A DNA stretch of 36,488 nucleotides from a virus: the IMG/VR virus record IMGVR_UViG_3300021076_000041. The stretch is one strand, 5' to 3'. How positions within the stretch are numbered: position 1 is the first letter of the stretch; each line of letters begins with the position of its first letter. The notes below the pieces were generated by a model. That model was not told the DNA's origin. It saw only the letters and a list, made by a program, of their open reading frames with translations, and did not search any database. Shown in pieces: positions 1 through 8,819 of this stretch. The position numbers were made by a program, and so were the translations under genes.

Positions 1-1
1 A

Positions 2-179
2 TCCACTTGATACAGAAACTTGGTACCTTGAAGAAAATTACCCACCCGAAGTTGTTGAAAAATGGTTTGCTAACTTACATCAAGATATCACAATGGGGTA
101 TGTTGAATATTTCAAAAATCAGAAACGATTCTTAATCGAAGCAATTTGGGATTATGAATTTGGCGGTGATAGACAATGA
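2..179 (+). CDS. hypothetical protein, 5'-truncated at window edge; paralog of 176..392
   Basis: Open from the window edge to TGA 177-179. ENYPPEVVEKWF and FLIEAIWDYE recur as DSYPPIVVDRWW and WLIEELLNYE in the next gene. The stop overlaps the next ATG. Confidence 0.5.
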   Translation, partial: PLDTETWYLEENYPPEVVEKWFANLHQDITMGYVEYFKNQKRFLIEAIWDYEFGGDRQ

Positions 180-392
180 TGACGCCGGAAGATGAAGTGT
201 TCATAAGATTGAAATATCCAATCTGCGAATTCCACACAAGTGGAATTTCGATCGATTGGGGGCGATTCATATCCGCCTATTGTTGTTGACCGTTGGTGGG
301 GTAGATTTAGTGATAGCGGACGCTGGGATAGTAATCTATATCAGAAATGGTTGATTGAAGAATTGCTGAACTATGAAGAATCAATTTATTGA
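176..392 (+). CDS. hypothetical protein with one +1 frame break near 260-263; N-terminus like 13546..13953
   Basis: MMTPEDEVFIRLKY matches MERDELETFIRLKY of 13546. The C-terminal frame (DSYPPIVVDRWWGRF...LIEELLNYEESIY) matches the upstream paralog. The frames join at GATTGGGGGCGATTC, which is not a CGG site. Confidence 0.4.
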
Positions 393-397
393 AAAAT

Positions 398-421
398 AAG
401 TGGGATAGAAATATCCCACTT
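398..421. terminator. bidirectional hairpin between convergent genes
   Basis: AAGTGGGATA-GAAA-TATCCCACTT is a perfect 10-bp stem with a 4-nt loop, lying between the + gene end (392) and the PhoH end (431). Confidence 0.6.
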
Positions 422-430
422 ACCTCTTAT

Positions 431-1307
431 CTATTCATAAATCCTCAATACCTCAGCCACAATGGGATCTCTTTCGATGTGACAGTTTAAGAATTCAGAA
501 ATGGCGATCATTGAACTCTTCTTTGCTTTCAATCGTTTTACAAAATCAGCAAGCCCGTTCTCTTTCTTATGATCGGTTTGATCCAAGTCACCAGTAATGA
601 ACGCTCTGGTATTCTCACCTAATCTTGTCAGCAATAATTTCATACCCGACGGTAATGCGTTCTGAGATTCGTCGAGAATAATAATAGCGTTTTTGAAAGA
701 TCTACCGGCGCATATACATCAATGATGCCAATTCAATCACACCGGTCATCCATCATCTTTGAAAGTGCTGCCTTGCTATAATATTCTTCGAAAATATCCA
801 TTAATGGTTGAACCCAGGGATCCAATTTCTCATTCAATGTCCCCGGTAAGAAACCGTGATTCTCACCTTCAGCACCGAACTGCAGGTCGGACAATGATAA
901 TCTTTTCTACTTCATTTTCACGCAATGCTTTGATTGCTCGCAATACGCTTAAATATGTCTTACCGAGTTCCTGCTGGGCCTACAGCAAATACTATTCTCA
1001 TATTATCATTCAATAACTGACTTATATATGTCTCCTGTGCTGTATTACGCGGTATAAGGTTTACACGATTTACTGGTGCTCTATCAAATTTAAGAACACT
1101 CGTGCTATGAGTTTCGTGAGGTAAGGCTGCGGCTACGCGGGAATTTTTGCGTGGTTTCAAGGTTATACTCCTTTGGGTTGATTTTGGAATAAGAAGACCA
1201 GTGGCGGTATTTTCTGAGGATGTTTTAGTCTTTCGAACTCGAGGGTCCGACACAGGATGAGCAAAGAATGAATCAATAATTTCATTTGTCATACAAGTAT
1301 TTACCAT
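431..1307 (-). CDS. phoH: PhoH-like ATPase, interrupted 4 times (extra base at 965, 877, 744, 707 on + strand)
   Basis: After skipping the four bases it reads ...VFAVGPAGTGKTYLSVLRAIKAL...[35 protein letters not shown]...IELASLMYMRGRSFKNAIIILDESQNA...LLLTRLGENTRAFITGDLDQTD. This contains PhoH Walker A, Walker B and the YMRGR motif. The start at 1307 is uncertain. Confidence 0.8.
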
Positions 1308-1384
1308 TCTTAGCGAAATTCTTTGTGAACCATACAATATTGATAAATATACTATAGTGAATATCACAAATCAAAAGGTGAAAT

Positions 1385-1994
1385 ATGAATCAAATTGAGT
1401 TAGACAAAATCAAATCAACTCTCATAAATATCTCCAAAGGTAATTCAGTATTGGATACTTTATTAGAATTTGAAAGAACACTGGACAACACAGAGATATT
1501 CTCATATAAGAATTGGGTACTCGGTGAAGTAGTTGACCGGTCCACATATAGGTAGATATTTCTATACTGTGACTTTGATGTTTCCACGAAAACTAATGCC
1601 CGATCCGAATCGGCCGGCTTGAGACTGACCAAAATTGGCGCTACTGTAACATTCAAGAAAAGTATCTTCAAGAAACCAATCAAGGTCGAAGGACCACAAG
1701 ATTGGAAAGATCCTACTTCGAAGAAAGCTAAAATCATAGATCATCCTATTTGGCTCGTGACTATAGATTTACCAATCAAGTATATTACCCAGGGGCTTGA
1801 AGATATTGAGACAATGATTCAGAAAGATCTCGAACAGGCGAATTCGGATATTGTAGATGCTTATCAAGATGAAGGTCAACCTGCTGATGATTCTCAAGAC
1901 TATGATAACGGTGGCCGGTGATTTCGACAATGACTACAGTGATGACACTGGTGATCAACCACCAGCGCCAGTTGACGACCAGGAGCAACAATAA
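1385..1994 (+). CDS. hypothetical protein with acidic C-terminus, interrupted 4 times (C1538, C1611, C1615, C1916)
   Basis: ATG 1385 follows AAAGGTGA. The four frame segments join without stops when the listed C residues are skipped. The stop TAA 1992-1994 overlaps the next ATG. Confidence 0.6.
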
Positions 1995-2749
1995 TGAGCC
2001 TCCAGCACAATGATTTGAAAAATACCATTCAACCAATCATTACTCTTGATGATTTCAAACCAAAGGCACGGCAATGATCCCGATGTCATCGTAGTAGCTT
2101 TCTATTTCAATGAAGAAGACCCTGCTAAGGATTTGAACACTTTCATTCAGCGCCGGTTTCATTGACACGCTTGATGTTGAGGTAAGTCCAAACACAGATG
2201 AGGATCGGTCGATATTTGGTCTTCATAGAAATGGGAAGAGACGCCACCTTTCCAAACAAATTCAGAGCATTGATAAAAGATATTGAAAATCTTACAGGTA
2301 AGGTAAAGTGGAAAGTAAGAACCTATCTTTCAAATGATAGAGAATTTGAAATCAATGATCCAGAAATATACAAATTTATCATCCTCGAACCAAAAAAATA
2401 CGTTACCAAGGCAGAATTCAAAATGGATACAATAAAAGAGAGTGTCATCAACTTTTTCAGAACTTCAATGGTGTCAGACTTGACAACCCAAAATAACTAT
2501 GTTACACTAATACAAGGTCATAATAAAATAGTAGCAGAGGTTGTTGATTTTGGTGATTATGATACAGTGATTGGTAGAAATTTCTTATCAGAGTCTGCCT
2601 TCAAACTTACACAAATTCCATATGAGGTAAAGATGTTGGAATCTATGTTAGGTAATTGTGGGGTCACCCCGGTAGATAAATTTCTACTAATTACTCGTGG
2701 TGATGATGTGATGTTGCTAAGAAACACGCATATCAGTTATGGTAGATAA
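1994..2749 (+). CDS. hypothetical protein, interrupted 3 times (C2069, C2154, C2206)
   Basis: ATG 1994 is in the same frame as ORF 2198..2749, but three stops lie between them. Skipping three C residues, each before GGC/GGT, gives a continuous 251-codon reading. Confidence 0.6.
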
Positions 2750-2782
2750 GAATTAAATATAAAAAAAGAATAGGAGAATAGA

Positions 2783-2998
2783 TTGGCCAAAGAGGAATGT
2801 ATAGTATTAAAAGGTCGTGTCACTGACGCAGCACCCGGAGCAAAATTCAAGGTAAGACTTGAAAACGGGCATTTAATCAATGCTATTATCAGTGGTAAAA
2901 TTCGAAAGAATAATATCCAAATTCTGCTGGATGACGAAGTTGAAATTGAAATGAGTTTATACGACTTGACACTTGGTAGAATAAGTTATCGTTTCTAA
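2783..2998 (+). CDS. infA: translation initiation factor IF-1 homolog
   Basis: The 71-aa product [13 protein letters not shown]...[50 protein letters not shown] is collinear with bacterial IF-1 (S1-like OB fold). TTG start follows AGGAGA. Confidence 0.85.
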   Translation: MAKEECIVLKGRVTDAAPGAKFKVRLENGHLINAIISGKIRKNNIQILLDDEVEIEMSLYDLTLGRISYRF

Positions 2999-3006
2999 GA
3001 GAAATT

Positions 3007-3828
3007 ATGCCTACACCATCAGACTTTTATAGTATCCTTGGTGTCACCAAAGATTCAACTCAAGATGAGATAAAGAAATCCTATCGAAAGAAGGCGATGG
3101 AATTCCACCCCGATCGTAATAATAATCCGGGTGCCGAAGCCAAATTCAAAGAAGTCAAAGAAGCATATGAAACCCTAAGTGATGAGTCGAAGAAAGGTAT
3201 TTACGATTCGCAAGGGCAGAATACTGGCAATAGAACCACCAGCGGCAATCCATTTGCTAACTGGCATAATTTCTCCGGGTCGCCAGACTTCACAAATGAT
3301 GATTTATCGGATCTATATAATTCGTGGCGTCGTCGAGAAGCCGAAACCGCTCAGCAGAAGAAAACCAAGACAACAATTACAATCACCTTAGAACAAGCAT
3401 ACGGTGGTGTCACAATTCCATTTAACAATGAAGTTCTAAGAGTTCCACCAGGTGTAAGAACTGGTAGCAAATTATTCGTTCAGTCGACAATCATAGACAT
3501 AATTGTTCAACCACATACCAAATTCAAAAGAACGAATGATGATTTATTAGTTGATATCTTTATCTCAGTCTTCGAGTCTGTGTTAGGTATTGATAATGTC
3601 ACTTTAACTCATCTCGATGGTAAAAAATTCCAGTTTAGCATTCCGAAAGGATTACAACATAATCAGGTTATTCGTCTTTCGAAGAAAGGAATGCCAAACC
3701 CAGAGACAAGCCGTTATGGTGATTTAATGGTTCGATGTAATGTAGTAATGCCATCAGGAACACTGACAGCAGAACAGAAAGAGATTTTGGAGAAGTTGTT
3801 TTTAACCAGGAAGTCGATTGACCTTTAA
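3007..3828 (+). CDS. dnaJ: DnaJ-like co-chaperone (J domain plus C-terminal substrate-binding domain, no Cys-rich zinc finger)
   Basis: DFYSILGV...[17 protein letters not shown] carries the HPD motif. The C-terminus has RLSKKGMP...GDLMV, like the DnaJ/CbpA CTD. Confidence 0.85.
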   Translation: MPTPSDFYSILGVTKDSTQDEIKKSYRKKAMEFHPDRNNNPGAEAKFKEVKEAYETLSDESKKGIYDSQGQNTGNRTTSGNPFANWHNFSGSPDFTNDDLSDLYNSWRRREAETAQQKKTKTTITITLEQAYGGVTIPFNNEVLRVPPGVRTGSKLFVQSTIIDIIVQPHTKFKRTNDDLLVDIFISVFESVLGIDNVTLTHLDGKKFQFSIPKGLQHNQVIRLSKKGMPNPETSRYGDLMVRCNVVMPSGTLTAEQKEILEKLFLTRKSIDL

Positions 3829-3838
3829 GGAAGAAAAA

Positions 3839-6076
3839 ATGAGCAACAAGAGAGTTGATAAGATGGTTGAACGAGCGCTGAATTTGGCGCAAGATAATTG
3901 TCACGAATATGTGACACTGGAACATATTCTGCTGTCATTGCTTTCAGAGAAAGATATCAGTGATCTGCTACTTGGTATCGGTGCGCAGCCAAACAAGATC
4001 AAGAGTGAAATGATAAAGCAACTCGAAGATCCATCAAACAAGAAACCGGAGCATCTTCGCCACCTTCCGGTCAAAAGGACACAGGCAGTTCAAAGAACTT
4101 GGCAACGAGCATTAACTCAAGTATTGGTAAGTAGCCAATCAGAACTTTCACTCGAAGGATTGCTGATCAGTATCCTAAGTGAAGAAGAAAGCCACGCTTG
4201 CTACCAGTTGAAGATAAATGGTGTGACCAGAGAGAAATTGGCTAACTTCCTTAGGAAGCAAATGGAGAAAGGAAAAACACCCGATGAAACATTCCTAAGT
4301 CAGTATTGTCGCAATCTCAATGAAGATAGCAAGAACGGACTTGTCGACCCAGTGATTGGTAGAGAGAAAGAAATCACCGAAATTATTGAAATCGCAGCAA
4401 GAAGAAAGAAAAATAATTCCGTGCTTGTAGGGCACCCGGGTTGCGGGAAGACTGCAGTTTTGGAAGGCCTTGCTAAGAAAATTGTCGACAAAGAAGTGCC
4501 AAAAGCACTACTTGATAAGACAGTTTATAGTCTCGACATTGCTTCCTTACTCGCTGGAACAAAATTCCGTGGTGATTTCGAGGAGCGCCTGAAAGGTGTG
4601 CTAAATGAAATCGAGAAGACAGGAAATATTATTCTGTTCATTGACGAAATCCATATGATTATGGGTGCGGGATCATCTTCCGGTTCCGCAATGGACGCTG
4701 CCAATATGCTGAAGCCATTGTTAGCAAAGGGTAAGTTGATGTGTGTCGGTGCTACCACAGAAGACGAGTATGTCACTCACTTCGAGAAAGACAAGGCATT
4801 GCTACGCAGATTCCAGAAGGTAGATATTCATCCGCCAAGCGTCGAAGATTCTAAGAGAATTCTGAAAGGAATAGAGAAGTATTATGCTGAATTTCACAAA
4901 GTAACATATGAACCCGGAACACTAGATGAATGTGTCGATCTTAGTGTCAGGTATATGAAGAATAAATTCCTACCAGACAAGGCAATTGACATTATGGATA
5001 GTGCCGGTGCAAGAGCAAAACTGGCAGATAAGACAATCGTCGATCAGGATATGATACTACAGGTAGTTTCAAAGGTATCAAAGATTCCACTCAATATGAT
5101 TGATGTCAAAGAAAATACCGCATTGGAGAACTTAGCAGCTAGAGTTAAGAACAAGGTGTTTGGTCAGGACTTGGCAATTGACGCATTGGTTGAAGCAATC
5201 AATATATCAAAGTCAGGATTACGCGAGCCAGGCAAGCCAATTGGTAATTTCCTATTCTTAGGTGCTACGGGTGTGGGGAAAACTTACGTATGTAAGAGAC
5301 TATCCGAAGAACTTGGTGTCAAGTTAGTAAGGTTTGATATGAGTGAATATCAAGAAAGTCACTCAGTGTCAAAACTGATTGGCGCGCCACCAGGCTATGT
5401 TGGATTCGGTGAAGGTAAGATTGGTGATGGATTGTTGATTAGCGAAATTAAAAACAATCCAAACTGTGTGTTGTTGCTTGATGAAATTGAAAAAGCAGCA
5501 CCAGAAATCTATACCATTCTGCTTCAAGTAATGGATGATGGTCGATGCACTTCGAGCAAAGGTGACACGATTGATTTCAGTAATGTAATTTTGATTATGA
5601 CTTCAAATCTTGGTGCTGCTGATTCTGAAAAGAATCGTATTGGATTTGGTCATCAAAATAGCAATACTGACACTGTGGTTGATGAGGCAGTAAAGAAATT
5701 CTTTGCTCCGGAATTTAGAAATCGAATTGATAATATTGTCAAGTTTAATAAATTGACAATGGTAGAAATGTATCTCATTATCAATGCTGAATTTGATAAA
5801 ACCAATCAACTACTTGTTGATAAGAATATCACTGTCAATCTTACCACAGAGGCAAGAGAATGGTTTGCTAAGAATGGTTATGATCCATTGTTTGGTGCGC
5901 GACCATTTAACAGACTGTGGCAGGACAAGGTTAAGAAGCAATTGTCGAAAGAGATATTGTTCGGTTGCCTGAAGAATGGTGGCAGAGCAAATATTACAGT
6001 GAAAGATGATGACATTCTTATCACACCAATTGAGAATGTCATTGCTGATCTTTCAGATATTATTGATTCGCTTTAA
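3839..6076 (+). CDS. clpA: ClpA-like two-ring AAA+ unfoldase
   Basis: Walker A GHPGCGKT and GATGVGKT. Walker B LFIDEIH and LLLDEIEKA. Clp N-domain-like N-terminus. An IGF loop (NRIGFGH) of the ClpP-docking type. The length lacks a ClpB middle domain. ATG 3839 follows AAGGAAG. Confidence 0.85.
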   Translation: MSNKRVDKMVERALNLAQDNCHEYVTLEHILLSLLSEKDISDLLLGIGAQPNKIKSEMIKQLEDPSNKKPEHLRHLPVKRTQAVQRTWQRALTQVLVSSQSELSLEGLLISILSEEESHACYQLKINGVTREKLANFLRKQMEKGKTPDETFLSQYCRNLNEDSKNGLVDPVIGREKEITEIIEIAARRKKNNSVLVGHPGCGKTAVLEGLAKKIVDKEVPKALLDKTVYSLDIASLLAGTKFRGDFEERLKGVLNEIEKTGNIILFIDEIHMIMGAGSSSGSAMDAANMLKPLLAKGKLMCVGATTEDEYVTHFEKDKALLRRFQKVDIHPPSVEDSKRILKGIEKYYAEFHKVTYEPGTLDECVDLSVRYMKNKFLPDKAIDIMDSAGARAKLADKTIVDQDMILQVVSKVSKIPLNMIDVKENTALENLAARVKNKVFGQDLAIDALVEAINISKSGLREPGKPIGNFLFLGATGVGKTYVCKRLSEELGVKLVRFDMSEYQESHSVSKLIGAPPGYVGFGEGKIGDGLLISEIKNNPNCVLLLDEIEKAAPEIYTILLQVMDDGRCTSSKGDTIDFSNVILIMTSNLGAADSEKNRIGFGHQNSNTDTVVDEAVKKFFAPEFRNRIDNIVKFNKLTMVEMYLIINAEFDKTNQLLVDKNITVNLTTEAREWFAKNGYDPLFGARPFNRLWQDKVKKQLSKEILFGCLKNGGRANITVKDDDILITPIENVIADLSDIIDSL

Positions 6077-6087
6077 TTCACTGAATC

Positions 6088-6113
6088 GCCGGCCAGCTAT
6101 GTTCACGGCCGGC
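6088..6113. terminator. GC-rich hairpin between convergent clpA-like and kinase-like genes
   Basis: GCCGGCC-12 nt-GGCCGGC gives a 7-bp all-GC stem. It overlaps the last codons of the minus-strand gene. Confidence 0.5.
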
Positions 6114-6763
6114 AAATTGGATCAGTGATGACAAGTTGCGGGCCGTGTGAGGTTGGTCGAATCATCAAGTTGTCAGTGTGAATATCTGACTGAAATAGAT
6201 TATTCATTTTAGTCAGATGGTGAATTTCTTTTAATGCCTGTATCAATCGCGGATCCTTAATATTGGAAAATTTACCGTAATGCCAAACTACTATCAAGTA
6301 GCTCCGAAATAGAGACGCAAATGTCGGCTTCCGGTGGCAATGTTTCATCCCAAAGATCCAATCTCATATAGTCACTAAGGTTATCAACCATTCTCTTTCC
6401 AAGTTCTATTAAAACTTCGGAAGAGAAACTATCAAACTTCTGTAATCTCTCGATTCGGTAAGTTGGCCTTACTTCGCCATCTTCGGTTGTTTCTAGATCG
6501 ACATTATACACTCGGGGGAAATATGGATTCTCGGAAGATAATTGTCTATCGGCAATCGCCTTGATATATGTATAGTATGGATCATCTTTAAGGCGGTATT
6601 TCAATTGTTTATCTTTCTTCATTACCATATGCTCGTCGGGATCATTTGAGACCGACGAATACTTACCTAATCCGATCTCATTACTTTGGTCAAGCGGTTC
6701 GTAAGGCTTGACGCCAAATTGTGTGCTGATGATTTCGGATAGTTTCATATCATTATTTATCAT
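6103..6763 (-). CDS. protein-kinase-like protein, interrupted once (extra base at 6277)
   Basis: Gly-loop IGLGKYSSV, Lys motif HMVMKK, catalytic-loop-like DIHTDNLMI, and VITDP in the DFG position. ORFs 6272..6892 and 6103..6348 join at TTA-C-GGT-AAA. Confidence 0.45.
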
Positions 6764-6839
6764 CGCATCAATGCATAACAGATAAATACATATATGCGAA
6801 TGATAAATACAGTAGTGAATCAGGAGAAAGAAAATTTCA

Positions 6840-7278
6840 TTGAATAAATCAGTACTGATGATGGCGAATACTGGCACAGAGTGGAATCTCATCGGCGTTC
6901 CTACACGCGCAGATTCATTCTATGGATACACTGATGGACTTCACACTGTTCAAATTGTGTATCAGAATTTCGTAGGTGGCTTTGGTATTCAAGGAACGCT
7001 TGCCTTAGATCCTAAGCCTGAGGATTGGTTTTGGATCCAACTGAACCCGAACGGTCAATCATTCTATCCATATTTGACATACCCACTCAATCCGTTATAC
7101 CCGACTGGATCAAATGGTGGTGATACAGGATCAATGGCATTTACTTTCATTGGTAATTTTGTGTTTCTGCGAACAGTAATGACAAGAGATTATATCCAAC
7201 CTGGTCCAGGACCCGGTCAATTGACTTGGACTGATTGGATATGGCGGCCAAATTGATAAAGTTCTACTCAGTCTATAA
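6840..7278 (+). CDS. hypothetical protein (structural-like), interrupted once (C7245)
   Basis: TTG start follows AGGAGA. Skipping C7245 (TGG-C-GGC) replaces ...WIWRPN* with ...WIWGQIDKVLLSL*, ending just before the RBS of the next gene. Confidence 0.5.
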
Positions 7279-7290
7279 AGGAAGAATAAT

Positions 7291-7940
7291 ATGATTTCTG
7301 GTCAAAATACCATTCTCAACAATTTTGTACCAACCTTTGCTATCAATAATATAATTGGTGGTCAAACATTGGTCTACGATCCAATTAGACAGGCATTTGT
7401 CAATTCATTTCAAGGCGGAAATAATAGAATGAAATCATTCATAACTGTAAATCAAACATTGGTAAGACCGGCGAATACTACTGCTTACGCTGCCTTCTCT
7501 GTTATTTCAAATTCTACGACAACACCGATAGTGATAACCTTTCCATACACGGTAAGTTATCCTGGTGGTTCAGGAATAATTAGTTACTCCGCATTGTCTA
7601 CAAACCAAGTTACAAATCGCGGCGGCTATAGTCTCTTTCTGTTTAATGAACCACCTACACCAATTAATGATGGAAGTCCGTTCGCAATTATGTGGGCATA
7701 TAACAGCACTTTAATTGGTGCTATTCAATATTATCTTGGTACTGAATTTAACGGAGATTCAAGCCCCGGTGATTGTGCTTATTCTATTGACCGGTTTGAG
7801 TATCGAAAACCGGCACTGGCGTCCTACCATTTAACTGTGCTTGTGGATCGCAAGCCATTTATGGAATACTCGTGGGTAGTGGCTTCACCCCAAACAGCGG
7901 TCAGAGTTTCTTTATGTCTTTAACCATCCAAGAAACCTAA
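7291..7940 (+). CDS. hypothetical protein (structural-like), probably with two interruptions (C7792, C7811)
   Basis: The uncorrected frame stays open to 7923, but zero-frame CGG-T at 7792 and then CGG-C at 7811 fit the recurrent pattern. The corrected tail (GTGVLPFNCACGSQAIYGILVGSGFTPNSGQSFFMSLTIQET*) has fewer G-ending codons, which fits the usage seen elsewhere in the window better. Confidence 0.45.
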
Positions 7941-7972
7941 GAAAGTGAAATCCTTCAGATTTAGATAAATAT

Positions 7973-7994
7973 ATGAAAGGAATACTCCTTTCAT
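7973..7994 (+). terminator. hairpin after gene 7291..7940
   Basis: ATGAAAGGA-ATAC-TCCTTTCAT is a 9-bp stem with a 4-nt loop. Confidence 0.45.
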
Positions 7995-8019
7995 AATTCT
8001 TAAATCGGGAGAAATCAGG

Positions 8020-8196
8020 ATGGATCATTCGAAATTCAGTGATGCTGTTGTTGCATTTATCGCAGTTGTATTAAATCTTCATTTGTATCTTCCGGTACTC
8101 AATGAATGTGTGACACTCTTAGTTGGTATTGCTACTTTGATTTATTTCATTCTGAAAATCTATGATCGTTTTCATCCTAAGAAAGACGGTAAATAA
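8020..8196 (+). CDS. small membrane protein (58 aa)
   Basis: ATG follows GGGAGA. It has two hydrophobic stretches (AVVAFIAVVLNLHLYL, LLVGIATLIYFIL). It falls below the ORF-track length cutoff. Confidence 0.5.
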   Translation: MDHSKFSDAVVAFIAVVLNLHLYLPVLNECVTLLVGIATLIYFILKIYDRFHPKKDGK

Positions 8197-8202
8197 GAAA
8201 AT

Positions 8203-8231
8203 TTGACTTCTGCCAAAAATCCTGCTATACT
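8203..8231 (+). promoter_or_regulatory. sigma70-like promoter
   Basis: TTGACT (8203-8208), a 17-nt spacer, then TGC-TATACT (8226-8231). Confidence 0.5.
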
Positions 8232-8263
8232 GTTAAAGATAAATACAATATAGCAGGATTTCT

Positions 8264-8809
8264 ATGAAGACGGTAATATTCACATTTGGAAGATTTGCGC
8301 CACCAACAAAGGCCCATATCAAACTATTCCAGAAAATTATTACTCTTTCAAAAGAATCAAAATCTGATTATAAGATATTTCTGTCACAGACATATAATAG
8401 AAAGACAGATCCGCTAAAATGGAAATTCAAGAGACAGATTATCAAATCGTGTATTCTGAAAATTCACATTTCGAAAGATCTTCGGATCAAAACACCATTT
8501 AATGCCTTAGAGGAACTCTCCAAACAGGGATACAAGAAGGTGATAATGATTGTCGGTAGCGACAGAGTTGAAGAATTTGAGACCAGAATGAATATATATG
8601 CTACAAAATGGGGCATTGAAGAATTTGAGGTAAGGACTTTTGGTAAGAGAGATTCGTCTGCTAAAGGTATTGCTGGTATAAGTTCTTCAAAATTGCGACA
8701 GTTTGTAGTTGATAATGATAAGAAGAAATTCTTCAATGACTTACCTGATCAATTAGATAAGAAATGGAAGAGAAAGATATTTAAGAAATGTAAGAAGAAT
8801 TTGATATAA
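8264..8809 (+). CDS. nucleotidyltransferase (cytidylyltransferase/NMNAT-like superfamily)
   Basis: FTFGRFAPPTKAH resembles the (H/T)xGH motif. ISSSKLR resembles the ISSTxxR motif. Confidence 0.5.
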   Translation: MKTVIFTFGRFAPPTKAHIKLFQKIITLSKESKSDYKIFLSQTYNRKTDPLKWKFKRQIIKSCILKIHISKDLRIKTPFNALEELSKQGYKKVIMIVGSDRVEEFETRMNIYATKWGIEEFEVRTFGKRDSSAKGIAGISSSKLRQFVVDNDKKKFFNDLPDQLDKKWKRKIFKKCKKNLI

Positions 8810-8819
8810 GGTTCAAGGA

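Noticed and set aside
759-1016. Plus-strand ORF 759..1016 and minus-strand ORFs 1390..1737, 1562..1744 and 1785..2036
   Set aside because: They are antisense or off-frame shadows of PhoH and of genes 1385..1994 and 1994..2749. They have low-complexity, unnatural composition and no start context.
3179-5972. Same-strand alternative-frame ORFs (3179..3391, 5784..5972) and antisense ORFs (3668.., 4300.., 4525.., 5603..) inside dnaJ and clpA
   Set aside because: They are fully nested in strongly supported genes and have no independent signals.
6109-6111. Zero-frame CGG-C as the penultimate codon of the kinase-like gene, as a 24th shift site
   Set aside because: Both readings terminate within a few codons (RP* versus GREHSWPAIQ*) and nothing conserved discriminates between them. 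It was left uncounted.
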